DNA of 64,000 bases from Eledone cirrhosa. Its lineage: Eukaryota. Every line of letters starts with the position of its first letter. Position 1 is the first letter of the stretch. Positions 16,925 to 34,119 of this stretch are shown piece after piece. The notes under the pieces were generated by a model. The model saw only the letters and a list, made by a program, of their open reading frames with translations. It made no database searches and had not been told where the DNA came from. The position numbers were made by a program, and so were the translations under genes. The stretch covers positions 39,990,001 through 40,054,000 of the forward strand of contig OZ024754.1 in assembly GCA_964016885.1 (NCBI GenBank). The letters run 5' to 3'.

Positions 16925-17153
16925 AATATATGTAGATAAATCTACCAAGAGTTTACGGTAGTGTCCAATCCGTATGAAGAACTCAATGTATTCCGGATAT
17001 CATGGAAAGAAGTATAATTTTGTACATAGATCTGTTGAATATGCATGCCAATTCTAACACATATATATCCTAGAAACGATCGTTAAATAATGAACTTTTT
17101 TTGTTTAATATAAGGAACTGTCTCATTGTTTATTCATTATTTGTTTAATATTT

Positions 17154-17251
<98 letters not shown>

Positions 17252-17258
17252 TATATAA

Positions 17259-17302
<44 letters not shown>

Positions 17303-17309
17303 ATATATA

Positions 17310-17356
<47 letters not shown>

Positions 17357-17393
17357 ATATATAAATATATATATAAATATATATATATATATA

Positions 17394-17444
<51 letters not shown>

Positions 17445-17462
17445 ATATTTATATATATATAA

Positions 17463-17495
<33 letters not shown>

Positions 17496-17549
17496 AATAT
17501 ATAAATATATATATAAATATATATATATAAATATATAAATATATATATA

Positions 17550-17595
<46 letters not shown>

Positions 17596-17746
17596 TATAT
17601 ATATATATATATAAATATATAAATATATAAATATATATAAATATATATATAAATATATATATTTATATATATATATATAAATATATATATTTATATATAT
17701 ATATATATATAAATATAAATATATATATAAATATACATATTTATAT

Positions 17747-17797
<51 letters not shown>

Positions 17798-17836
17798 TAT
17801 ATAAATATATATATATATATATAAATATATATAAAT

Positions 17837-17875
<39 letters not shown>

Positions 17876-17876
17876 A

Positions 17877-17953
<77 letters not shown>

Positions 17954-17982
17954 AATATATATATATATTTATTTATATATAT

Positions 17983-18097
<115 letters not shown>

Positions 18098-18129
18098 AAT
18101 AAGGCACAGAAACGAAGAAAGAAATCCCC

Positions 18130-18174
18130 AGTCACTGAAGAGGTCACAGAGTGTGTGACGAAAGAACTATGACT
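18130..18174 (+). ncRNA. Hammerhead ribozyme, family D duplicate
   Basis: Identical to 24380-24424. Confidence 0.7.
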
Positions 18175-18396
18175 ATATATATATAAACAACTATCTGGTT
18201 GTGGAACCAACCAACCAATAATTTTGTATAATTTTGTACATAGATCTGTTGAATATGCATGCCAATTCTAACACATATATATCCTAGAAACGATCGTTAA
18301 ATAATGAACTTTTTTGTTTAATATAAGGAACTGTTTCATTGTTTATTCATTATTTGTTTAATATTTTATATATAAATATATATATATATATATATA

Positions 18397-18430
<34 letters not shown>

Positions 18431-18444
18431 AATATATATATATA

Positions 18445-18513
<69 letters not shown>

Positions 18514-18529
18514 ATATATATATATAAAT

Positions 18530-18566
<37 letters not shown>

Positions 18567-18636
18567 AATATATATATATAAATATATATATATAAAATAT
18601 AAATATATATATATAAATATATATATATAAATATAT

Positions 18637-18669
<33 letters not shown>

Positions 18670-18730
18670 TTTATTATATATATATATATATATATATATA
18701 AATATATATATATATAAATATATATATATA

Positions 18731-18770
<40 letters not shown>

Positions 18771-18777
18771 AATATAT

Positions 18778-18908
<131 letters not shown>

Positions 18909-18970
18909 TATATATATAAATATATATATATAAATATATATATATAAATATATATACATATATATATATT

Positions 18971-19005
<35 letters not shown>

Positions 19006-19050
19006 ATATATATATAAATATATAAAATATATATATATATATATATAAAT

Positions 19051-19081
<31 letters not shown>

Positions 19082-19107
19082 AATATATATGTATATATAT
19101 ATATATT

Positions 19108-19138
<31 letters not shown>

Positions 19139-19153
19139 ATTTATATATATATA

Positions 19154-19185
<32 letters not shown>

Positions 19186-19224
19186 AATATATATAAATAT
19201 ATATATATATATAAATATATATAA

Positions 19225-19257
<33 letters not shown>

Positions 19258-19530
19258 AATATATATATAAATATATATATAAACATAAATATATATATAT
19301 ATAAATTTATATATATATATATATAAATATATATATAAATATATATATAAATATAAATATATATATATATAAATTTATATATATATATATAAATATATAT
19401 ATAAATATAAATATATATATATATAAATTTATATATATATATATATAAATTTATATATATATATATATAAATATATATATAAATATATATATAAATATAA
19501 ATATATATATATATAAATTTATATATATAT

Positions 19531-19569
<39 letters not shown>

Positions 19570-19780
19570 AATATATATATATAAATATATATAAATATAT
19601 ATATATATATAAATATATATAAATATTGTTATACTTTGGAGGGTCTCCCAAAGTATAACAATATCGGTTTCAACACACGATTTCAGATAAAGAATCTTGC
19701 TAAACAAATTCAGAAACGAAATATATATAAATATATATATATATATATAAATATATATAAATATATATATATATATATAA

Positions 19781-19847
<67 letters not shown>

Positions 19848-19850
19848 AAT

Positions 19851-19964
<114 letters not shown>

Positions 19965-19978
19965 AATATATATATATA

Positions 19979-20010
<32 letters not shown>

Positions 20011-20071
20011 AATATATATAAATATATATATATATATATAAATATATATAAATATATATATATATATATAA

Positions 20072-20128
<57 letters not shown>

Positions 20129-20141
20129 AATATATAAATAT

Positions 20142-20215
<74 letters not shown>

Positions 20216-20216
20216 T

Positions 20217-20247
<31 letters not shown>

Positions 20248-20248
20248 T

Positions 20249-20346
<98 letters not shown>

Positions 20347-20376
20347 TATATATTTATATATATATATTTATATATT

Positions 20377-20529
<153 letters not shown>

Positions 20530-20530
20530 T

Positions 20531-20609
<79 letters not shown>

Positions 20610-20622
20610 ATATTTATATATT

Positions 20623-20678
<56 letters not shown>

Positions 20679-20688
20679 AATATATATT

Positions 20689-20721
<33 letters not shown>

Positions 20722-20729
20722 TTATATAT

Positions 20730-20800
<71 letters not shown>

Positions 20801-20832
20801 TATATATTTATATATATATATTTATATATTTA

Positions 20833-20865
<33 letters not shown>

Positions 20866-20874
20866 ATATATATT

Positions 20875-21011
<137 letters not shown>

Positions 21012-21023
21012 ATATATATTATA

Positions 21024-21161
<138 letters not shown>

Positions 21162-21166
21162 ATAAT

Positions 21167-21211
<45 letters not shown>

Positions 21212-21450
21212 TATATATATAAATATATGTAGATAAATCTACCAAGAGTTTACGGTAGTGTCCAATCCGTATGAAGAACTCAATGTATTCCGGATATCAT
21301 GGAAAGAAGTATAATTTTGTACATAGATCTGTTGAATATGCATGCCAATTCTAACACATATATATCCTAGAAACGATCGTTAAATAATGAACTTTTTTTG
21401 TTTAATATAAGGAACTGTCTCATTGTTTATTCATTATTTGTTTAATATTT

Positions 21451-21525
<75 letters not shown>

Positions 21526-21541
21526 ATATAAATATATATAA

Positions 21542-21585
<44 letters not shown>

Positions 21586-21624
21586 ATTTATATATATATA
21601 TATTTATATATATATATATATATA

Positions 21625-21735
<111 letters not shown>

Positions 21736-21741
21736 ATATAA

Positions 21742-21772
<31 letters not shown>

Positions 21773-21965
21773 AATATATAAATATATATATAAATATATA
21801 TATATAAATATATAAATATATATATAAATATATATATATAAATATATAAATATATATAAATATATATATAAATATATATATTTATATATATATATATATA
21901 AATATATATATTTATATATATATATATATAAATATAAATATATATATAAATATACATATTTATAT

Positions 21966-22004
<39 letters not shown>

Positions 22005-22029
22005 AATATATAAATATATATATATATAT

Positions 22030-23065
<1,036 letters not shown>

Positions 23066-23089
23066 AATATATATATTATATATATATAA

Positions 23090-23242
<153 letters not shown>

Positions 23243-23248
23243 ATATAT

Positions 23249-23349
<101 letters not shown>

Positions 23350-23425
23350 AATATATATATATATAAATATATATATATATAAATATATATATATAATATA
23401 TATATAAATATATATATATATAAAT

Positions 23426-23458
<33 letters not shown>

Positions 23459-23461
23459 AAT

Positions 23462-23518
<57 letters not shown>

Positions 23519-23728
23519 AATATATATATATAAATATATATATATATAAATAAATATATATATATAAATATATATATATTTATATATATTTATATATATA
23601 TATATATAAATATATATATATATATTTATATATATATATAAATATATATATATATATTTATATATATATATAAATATATATATTTATTTATATATATATA
23701 TATATTTATTTATATATATAAATATATA

Positions 23729-23762
<34 letters not shown>

Positions 23763-23789
23763 AATATATATATTTATTTATAAATATAA

Positions 23790-23820
<31 letters not shown>

Positions 23821-23821
23821 A

Positions 23822-23934
<113 letters not shown>

Positions 23935-23936
23935 TC

Positions 23937-23984
<48 letters not shown>

Positions 23985-24005
23985 TATATATATATATATA
24001 TAAAT

Positions 24006-24040
<35 letters not shown>

Positions 24041-24227
24041 AATATATATATAAATATATAAATATATATATATAGTTATACTTTGGGAGGGTCATGTTGC
24101 CAATAAGAAACACACGCACCAGTTGCTTTCACTTCAATTTAATTTAATATATATTTATAAATTTACAAATTTATAAATTTCTGGTTGGTTGGTTGGTTCC
24201 ACAACCAGATAGTTGTTATATATATAT

Positions 24228-24272
24228 AGTCATAGTTCTTTTGTCACACACTCTGTGACCTCTTCAGTGACT
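24228..24272 (-). ncRNA. Hammerhead family D, inverted copy with GAAA>AAAA core change
   Basis: Reverse complement of 24380-24424 except at core G12. Confidence 0.55.
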
Positions 24273-24379
24273 GGGGATTTCTTTCTTCGTTTCTGTGCCT
24301 TTCCTTTCTTCTATCCTACGCCATTTTGTTTGACAGGATAGAAGAAAGGAAAGGCACAGAAACGAAGAAAGAAATCCCC

Positions 24380-24424
24380 AGTCACTGAAGAGGTCACAGA
24401 GTGTGTGACGAAAGAACTATGACT
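24380..24424 (+). ncRNA. Minimal type I hammerhead ribozyme in a Penelope-like pLTR (family D)
   Basis: AGTCA-CTGAAGA-G-GTCACA(gagtg)TGTGAC-GAAA-GAAC-TA-TGACT: stem I AGTCA/TGACT, 6-bp stem II, minimal stem III. Confidence 0.75.
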
Positions 24425-25143
24425 ATATATATATAAACAACTATCTGGTTGTGGAACCAACCAACCAACCAGAAATTTATAAATTTGTAAATTTATAAAT
24501 ATATATTAAATTAAATTGAAGTGAAAGCAACTGGTGCGTGTGTTTCTTATTGGCAACATGACCCTCCCAAAGTATAACAATATCGGTTTCAACACACGAT
24601 TTCAGATAAAGAATCTTGCTAAACAAATTCAGAAACGATATATATATATAAATATATAAATATATCTATATATCTATATATCTATATATAAATATATCTA
24701 TATATCTATATATCTATATATAAATATATAAATATATCTATATATCTATATATCTATATATCTATATATCTATATATAAATATATAAATATATCTATATA
24801 TATATATATCTATAAATATATAAATATATCTATATATATATATATCTATATATCTATATATAAATATATAAATATATCTATATATAAATATATAAATATA
24901 TCTATATATCTATATATAATATATAAATATATAAATATATCTATATATCTATATATCTATATATAAATATATCTATATATCTATATATCTATATATCTAT
25001 ATATAAATATATAAATATATCTATATATAAATATATAAATATATCTATATATAAATATATAAATATATCTATATATAAATATATAAATATATATCTATAT
25101 ATATATAAATATATCTATATATAAATATATATATATATATATA

Positions 25144-25179
<36 letters not shown>

Positions 25180-25180
25180 A

Positions 25181-25267
<87 letters not shown>

Positions 25268-25276
25268 AATATATAT

Positions 25277-25327
<51 letters not shown>

Positions 25328-25342
25328 TATATATATATAAAT

Positions 25343-25555
<213 letters not shown>

Positions 25556-25558
25556 AAT

Positions 25559-25630
<72 letters not shown>

Positions 25631-25644
25631 AATATATATATATA

Positions 25645-25760
<116 letters not shown>

Positions 25761-25773
25761 ATATATATATATA

Positions 25774-26132
<359 letters not shown>

Positions 26133-26133
26133 A

Positions 26134-26384
<251 letters not shown>

Positions 26385-26399
26385 AATAAATATATATAT

Positions 26400-26540
<141 letters not shown>

Positions 26541-26553
26541 TATATATATAAAT

Positions 26554-26658
<105 letters not shown>

Positions 26659-26659
26659 A

Positions 26660-26738
<79 letters not shown>

Positions 26739-26862
26739 AATATATATATTTATATATATATATATATAAATAAATATATATAAATATATATATATATATA
26801 TAAATATATATATTTATATATATAAATATATATATTTATATATATATATATATAAATATATA

Positions 26863-26902
<40 letters not shown>

Positions 26903-26915
26903 TATATAAATATAT

Positions 26916-26948
<33 letters not shown>

Positions 26949-27190
26949 AATATAAATATATATATATAAATATATATATATAAATATAGTATTAAGGATA
27001 CTATTTATGGTTATGTATATACTAAAACCTTTTATAGTTATATATATTTTAAACCCTAAATAGTGAAAGACAGTAATTTATTACTACCTTATTACCAGTA
27101 AGATAAATAGCTCAATGTAATAACATCTGTTGTTCTACAGAGCAGTTATATAGAATTCACAAGAATCAAAGTTCTGTTCAATCCATTTAT

Positions 27191-27239
27191 TCGCTTACAA
27201 TTGTTTCTTCCAAACCGAGGTTTGGAGTCTTCGGAGCAA
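27191..27239 (-). ncRNA. Hammerhead-like motif with U4C core variant
   Basis: TTGCT-CCGAAGA-cTCCAAACC(tc)GGTTTGGAa-GAAAC-AATT-GTA-AGCGA; a related 3' half is at ~31407-31430. Confidence 0.55.
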
Positions 27240-27683
27240 TTTTTCAATGATTGTTTACATGCATGACCTACTTTCCAACACAAGAGACATACAGAAACAT
27301 ATGTATATATTGATGCACAGTAGGTTGACATCCATTATAATATTTTAGCATGGCAATTTACATTCAAAGATTAAAGTCATATTAAAGAAAACAAGATTAA
27401 AGTTAAGATACAACATTGGCAGTTTACGAAGATGATGCAAGAGGATAGTTAGAAGTAGTTAGTGTATGCAATAGTTATACGTGGGGCATGCACGTGTGTC
27501 TTATTTATATAAGGTTATAGTGCGGCAGGGTGTTATATGTAATACAAGCACTTTAAGCGGGCAATCAAGAGTATTATGGGGGTTGTATTGGTAAAGTATT
27601 TTTTATATGTATGATATAGAAGCTTGTGTGCAGAGAAATATTAACAATATTAAAAATGATATATATATTTATAAAACCATATT

Positions 27684-27748
27684 TATTTCATTATACATAT
27701 TTCAAGGACACCAAAGCAAATTATGGTGCTTTTTCATCAGATAAAATA
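27684..27748 (-). ncRNA. Hammerhead ribozyme (family E)
   Basis: TATTTTAT-CTGATGA-AAaaGCACCA(loop)TGGTGTccTT-GAAA-TATGTAT-A-ATGAAATA; stem II co-varies relative to the 28122 copy. Confidence 0.7.
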
Positions 27749-27936
27749 TAATATAGATCAGTTTTATAAACAAATATTGACATACCCTTAAAAGAATGCG
27801 ACCATGTCTGTTGGAAGCTGCTGGATGTGTTTTTACTCCCGGATGTATTTTTACTCCAAAAATTTTGTTGAGTGCTTTATATCAGTTATAAAAATATTTG
27901 CTTGTTGTATCCCAACAAATTAAATATAACTTCTAC

Positions 27937-27967
<31 letters not shown>

Positions 27968-28121
27968 TATAATATATATATATAAATATATGCAAAAGTT
28001 CTATTTAAAATTGTTGGGATACAACAAGTAGATATTTTATAACTGATATAAAGCACTCGACAAGTTTTTGGAGTAGATATACGATATTAATAAATGGAAA
28101 CTATATTTATAAAACCATATT

Positions 28122-28186
28122 TATTTCATTATACATATTTCAGGGATACCAAATTAAAATATGGTATGCCTTCATCAGACAAAATA
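28122..28186 (-). ncRNA. Minimal type I hammerhead ribozyme (family E)
   Basis: TATTTTGT-CTGATGA-AGGcATACCA(loop)TGGTATcCCT-GAAA-TATGTAT-A-ATGAAATA. Confidence 0.75.
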
Positions 28187-28689
28187 CAATATATAAACAG
28201 TTTTATAAATAATTTTGACGTACCCTATTAGATGCAACCATTATTTTTGGATTTGGTATCCCTGAAATATGTATAATGAAATAAATATGGTTTTATAAAT
28301 ATAGTTTCCATTTATTAATATCGTATATATAAAAATATATATATATATATAGATATGCAACGTTTTCGAAATATTTACTTCTGCGTTCACAGATTGATTT
28401 TTTTAGTTCAGAAGATCCCTTTAAGGGTGAAAGCAGCAATTCTTTGCTTGAACTTTAATTTGTTATTTTAATATATATATAGAATTGGTAAATCCTAATG
28501 TTATACTCTAAAAAGAACTCCTTTCGAGTATGATATTACGATCTACTCTTCAAGGGAGACAATCAATTTATTTAAAAGCTAGAGTTATTTCCCTTGCCAA
28601 AACTGTAAACTGTAGTACCATAATCTAAATAGAATTTTTTTCGAGTATGGTATTAGGGTTAGGGTTAAGTTAAAGGAAGCCGATCAATA

Positions 28690-28845
28690 CTTACTATCCA
28701 GCGACCTCATCCGAAATCGACTCAACAATTCATCTCCACGTAAGTCTGTCATTCATTGTTGTTGCCAAGTCCTGGATTTCAATACCTGAATCTTTGGTGA
28801 TGACATCGGGATAGGAGAGCTTGCGCCCCTTGTTATTCGAGTTGA
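28690..28845 (-). mobile_element. LINE 3' end fragment, same family as the source of the 107-bp array
   Basis: Minus strand gives NNKGRKLSYPDVITKDSGIEIQDLATTMNDRLTWR; similar to the array unit and to 9958-10047. Confidence 0.8.
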
Positions 28846-29419
28846 TTCATTGAGAAGGGAAGATCCTACTACTTTACTCGAAAAGACATTTTTTTTTTTT
28901 TTTTTTTAGTGCAGTATCAGGAAAGCTCCTTACAAGTTACGTTTAGGGATATATGTTCGGGATCAGGGTCAGGTGTAGGCGAAGTTAAAGGACAAGCCAA
29001 TAAAATAGGCAGAGTTATCTATCTTGGAAAAAGTGTAGATCCTAATACTATACTAAAGTTTCTTTTGAGTGGAGTATTAGGATATTCCCTTCAAAGTTAC
29101 GATTAGGGGTTAAAGTTAGGGTTAGACTCCAAAACGAATTGTATTCGAGTATCGTATAAGGTTTTTAACCCTAAAGCTAATCCTAACACCAAACAATTAG
29201 AGAGAAATAATTAAAAACAAACACGAAACAGTAATTTTGTTATCATTTTATTAATCTTATGATTACTTCAACAAATCAGGTTGTGTTAGAAATGGATATA
29301 GTTTGTTATTGGAATCACATTTTAAGTATATGTCGACACATCTAATACAACTCTACACTTAACAAATATTGCACAACTATAGATGTATATTTTATGACTG
29401 TATACACACAAACACAGTA

Positions 29420-29477
<58 letters not shown>

Positions 29478-29808
29478 ATACGCACACACACACACAGTAT
29501 GTATATGTGTATATATATATATATATATAGTCTATACACACACAGTATGTATATGTGTATATATATATATATAGTCTATACACAGTATGTATATGTGTGT
29601 GTGTGTGTATACACACACTCACACACACACACAGCATGTACAAAAGCCTGTCTGTGTGCACACGTAATATCAGTATAGAACCAGTTTTAAACTAGTTAGA
29701 CCTTATTCAAAGAGTACTCAATATTGTGGATAGAGTATGACTATATATATATATGATGATGATGATGATAATATATATGTGTATGTGTGTGTGTTTTTTT
29801 TGTGTGCA

Positions 29809-29848
<40 letters not shown>

Positions 29849-29880
29849 TTATACAAAATAGCCTTTGCATCATTGTAAAA

Positions 29881-29918
<38 letters not shown>

Positions 29919-30194
29919 GTATATATACACGCACACACACATATATATATACATATATAGATATGTATACATACACTCACACACATATGTTATGTCTTCA
30001 AATCCATTATTTGTGTTGCTCTTTTTTTTTCAACTTTAGTTTGATATAATTACAGTCTGATTATATTTAAATATAATTAAAATTGCCCTCCTGTTTGTCC
30101 TTGACGATATTGAGTAAAACAGAGTATTAAGTAAAAGACAACCCCTTCTCACACACTCTCACACACACACTCACTCAGGAATATGTGTATATAT

Positions 30195-30383
30195 ATAACT
30201 GTTTCTACTTTAGGCACAAGGCCAGCAAATACCCAGTGCATTACTGGTACTTTATTTTACCGACCCCGTAAGGATGAAAGGCAAAGTCAACCTCGGCGGG
30301 ATTTGAACTCAGATCGTAAAGGGACGTAACTATGCTGGAAAGCATGGCGTCCGACCCTCTACTGATAATGCCAATCCACCGCC

Positions 30384-30384
<1 letters not shown>
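30195..30384 (-). mobile_element. Family A SINE
   Basis: Same motifs. Further copies at 6325-6427(-), 35159-35350(-), 35478-35570(-), 40124-40326(-), 40640-40812(+), 43390-43553(-), 44437-44614(-), 60632-60848(-), ~63840-63997(-). Confidence 0.85.
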
Positions 30385-30433
<49 letters not shown>

Positions 30434-31052
30434 CAAAGTGTGGTAAGAACCCTGGTGGACTATAACCCACCAGAGTACTCAATATTTTGGGTAGTAGAGT
30501 GGGTAATAGGAAAAGAGTCAGGACCCCGACAGCTGAGCTCCGGCCGTTTCGACAGCTAGACCCGAACGCTGCCGGATCTAGCTGTCAACATTTTCTAAGA
30601 AATTATAATACTATTGGTTATTAAATCTCTCTCTGTGTCTGTCTGTCTGTCTCTGTGTGTATGTGTATATATATATATATATACATGCGTGTATATATAT
30701 AGTGTATACATAACTATAAATAATAGTGTGTGTGTGTGGTGTGTGGGTGTATATGGTATAATTCGAAGTTGTAGCTGCAATAAGAATGATACGGATCGAA
30801 TTGTTTGGGGAAGTCACAAAGCACTCCATGTTGTGAAGAGTTAACACTGTTATACGAGTGTCACACGTTGAATGTATTGACTAAGTATAAGTAGCGATAG
30901 TAAATAACCCCAACAACAAATACCAACAGGTAGAAGACTAACCTGGACTGGATTGATCCGGTTTAGGAACCCTAAGAGGAGTGCATTACAAGTACACCTA
31001 GCAGTGGTTATACAATAGAACGGGAGTGCATTCTATAATATATATATATATA

Positions 31053-31333
31053 AAGTACGTAGCCTAGTGGTAAGGGTTTTGGACTTACGATCAAAATGCC
31101 TTGGGTTCGATTCCTGGGTTGTGTGTTGTGTTCTTGAGCAAAACACTTCATTTCACGTTGCTCCAGTATACTCAGCTGAAAATGAATACCAGCAATAGCT
31201 GGGGGTTTAACCCTGCAATGGACTGGCGTCCTGTCCAGGGGGGAGTCTTGTACTCTCTGTCGCTTCTCGCCATGAAATTGGGATTAGCACCGCCCAAACG
31301 AGCCTTCTGGCATAAGACTGACATTACACTTTA
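31053..31333 (+). mobile_element. tRNA-CORE-V-domain-like SINE
   Basis: A/B boxes, cttgagcaaaacactt, aaccctgcaatggactggcgtcctgtccagggg; a related head is at 33324-33440. Confidence 0.75.
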
Positions 31334-31661
31334 GATATATATATATATATAAATATATATATATACACACATATATCTAAAGTGTAAAGTCAGTCTTAAG
31401 AAACAATTGGAAGAAACAATTGTCAGCAATTAAATGTATTAACCTAAGATTTGATTGTTTTATATTTTGTATCTCGGCTCTGTAATTCATTTGATAATTT
31501 ACATTGAGCCTTTTCTAATTACCGGTAATTGGCTACTGCTTAGTACTACCCTCCAGATTTCTAATTATATATAAACCATATATAAGTATAAATATTATTA
31601 TTATTGCCAGCTCCTGATTATTAATGGAATTCTATAAGAATCCAACTTCAGGGGAGTACGT

Positions 31662-31703
31662 GGCTCTGATGAACGCCAACAAGCTTGAAACAGACTGTCA
31701 GCT
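31662..31703 (+). ncRNA. Minimal hammerhead ribozyme (weak stem II)
   Basis: GGCT-CTGATGA-ACGC(caacaa)GCTT-GAAAC-AGACT-GTC-AGCT. Confidence 0.6.
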
Positions 31704-31819
31704 TCTCTCCCTTCTTTCACTGAAAAGAAGTAAGAGACATAGTCACTACTCTAAAACTGATAGTGTATGGTCTTCTAAATGTTTTTAATTAAACATACGG
31801 ATTATTGCCAAATATACTA

Positions 31820-31854
<35 letters not shown>

Positions 31855-31857
31855 GAA

Positions 31858-32280
31858 TGACCTGGGGTGAGGTGATAAAAGCCGACCTTACCCAATTACA
31901 CCCCTCAAAGGCAATGACACACGACCGTGACCTCTGGCGTCACGCAGTAATACAGAGTACCCGACCTCCCATGGGTACAAGCTGAAGCATATAGACAATA
32001 TGCCCCCACCGCAAGGTGGTCGTGGAGGTGCCACGGCAAAAAAGCACCCAGCCCACACTGTAAAGTGGACGTGTAGGCGCCACGGAAAAAAAGCACCCAG
32101 CACTCACTGTAAATGAGGTTGGTGTTAGGAAGGGCATCCAGCTGTAGAAATCAAACCAGAATCAGTTCCTGTATGAGCAAGGCATGGTCAGCCGACCAGA
32201 CACTGCCCACAACAGGACAACCTGTCTAACCCATGCTAGCATGGAAGAACGGACGTAAAACGGTGATGATGGTGATGATG
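31858..32280 (+). mobile_element. 3' end of a second RTE-like LINE family with a Nin-domain-like 3' UTR
   Basis: Translates TWGEVIKADLTQLHPSKAMTHDRDLWRHAVIQSTRPPMGTS*; followed by ggttggtgttaggaagggcatccagctgtagaaa and a (GAT)n tail. Confidence 0.75.
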
Positions 32281-34119
32281 TATCTGCCTATTCCTTCCTT
32301 ACCTATGTTAGCAAATCCTGCCTCTTCTATTACCACAACTCTAGTTTATCAGCTTTCCTGAACAATATAACTCTATACTACACACACTAACAAATTATAT
32401 TTATTTACAGCAGCATCTCAACCCTCTTCTCTTAATTACCCTTCAAAGCATCCATCCTAAAACACTTTTGCCTCATCTGTTGACGCACCCAACTCACTCT
32501 CCACAACTTCCTGCCATTAGACACCATTTTAAACTCCCCTCAACTGACTTTCAACAGTTCAAACTGAAACATTATTAGACTAGCACTATCATCCCCACCT
32601 ACATATATACACATATATGATGGCTGCCCCCTCGTTATCGAGTATGGCCATTGACATACATACACACACACATACATATATATACATACACATATATAGG
32701 ATAACAAGGTATCATTTAAGGTAATCCAGTTAGAGGTTGTGAGTATTCTGTACTCTGGATAGTTTTATAAAACCCTTTTTGTACAGCTGACCATGTCATT
32801 CTTCACTCTTTCACTACACACACACATTATATATATACAAATAATGAATCAAAACCTATCAAATATGTTTAGAATGTGTTTTATACTGTGTTTCTTGTAC
32901 AATATAAGGCCCTCTCTCATATATATATATATACATACATACATACACACACATATATATACACATATATAGAGAGAGGAAGCTAACACAATGTAAAAAA
33001 AAAAAAAAAAAAAAATAGTCCTAGAACCTTTCCATACTATATATAGTCATGTCTGGTGTGCCTTGAACAAAAATTGAAGTAATTAAACAATTTAAGATGT
33101 TTGCTAATGAGACAGATAATGAAAGTAACACAATGATATTGCAGCCTTACAGGTTTTTCATTGTTATAAACTAATTAATAGTGATTCTGTGATTTTCTAG
33201 TAAATTCCTTGAAATGGTATTGTTACATAAGAAATCATTTGGAAACAAAACCAAAGTCAAATAACGGCTAGCAAGCAAAAATAATAGGATGCTTAACATG
33301 TTTCCAATTACTGAGTATTATTGAAGGTGTGTGGCTGATTGGTTAGAGAACTGGATTCACAATCTTGAGGTTGTCAGTTCGATTCTTGGACCGGGCAATG
33401 CGTTATGTCCTTGAGCAAGACACTTTATTTCACGTTGCTTCTACCTGGAGTTGCAACCGATAGATAGGATTAGCAATTGGAAAGACCAACGGAAACATTG
33501 TTTCCTCGGTCCAATTTGACGAAAGTCAATTGACTCCTTTATTGTCTACACATGATTCTAACCCACCTTAAATTGGCCCTGATTCTAGGAACAAAACCAC
33601 CCATTGTAAAGAGTTCCTACTTAAATTAAATTCTTCCAACATAATCTTATATCAGGACAGTGTGTCAAGTTACTATCTTAAGCACTGAAATAATTATATA
33701 ATATTTCATTACTATATTGCAGACACTAGTTCTGACACGGATTTATAACAAAGTAAACTGAGCTATTGACAGTTAAACCTGTGGTTTAATCCCAGATCAA
33801 CCTGTGGTTTAATCCCAGATCAACCACCATTGAGCAAATCTATAATCAAAGACATTCCAGCATTCAGCTGCTATTTCTAGCATGCTGAGTGAACATATAG
33901 AGGTTCCCTCGTGGGAACCTTCTTAGTTAAGTGTCTTCATCAGCTATGCAGTGTAGTGCAGATAAATTATGAACTACTACCATTTTAGGTGATGGTTTGG
34001 TGACCTTTGAGCAGTATATCTCAAATTTTGGAAATAAAATTAGTGGTTGATAATTATTACTACAAAAAATAGTAACAGTGCACCATATTCTATATTGACC
34101 CTAAACACCAGAGTATTAC

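Larger units (their letters stand above)
24075..24638 (+). mobile_element. Penelope-like element remnant: pLTR preceded by an inverted, truncated pLTR copy
   Basis: ~240-bp fold-back centred at ~24325. The short frame [24 protein letters not shown] stops at the TGA of the hammerhead core. Flanked by (TA)n. Confidence 0.65.
27655..28330 (-). mobile_element. Cluster of family-E pLTR-like fragments in direct and inverted orientation (other copies at 10737-10922 and 57113-57360)
   Basis: Shared block ttgttgggatacaac...ataactgatataaagcactc...tatttcattatacatatttc. Confidence 0.65.

Noticed and set aside
17022-17092. Hammerhead in island B (CTGTTGA...GAAACGATCGTT)
   Set aside because: Core mismatch, weak stem I and irregular stem II; at best a decayed copy.
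28405-28442. Hammerhead-like CAGAAGA-CCCTT/AAGGG-GAAA
   Set aside because: Core U4 and the NUH site are not preserved.
28652-29190. Telomeric TTAGGG repeats
   Set aside because: Only 2-3 scattered units within an interspersed repeat; not a telomere array.
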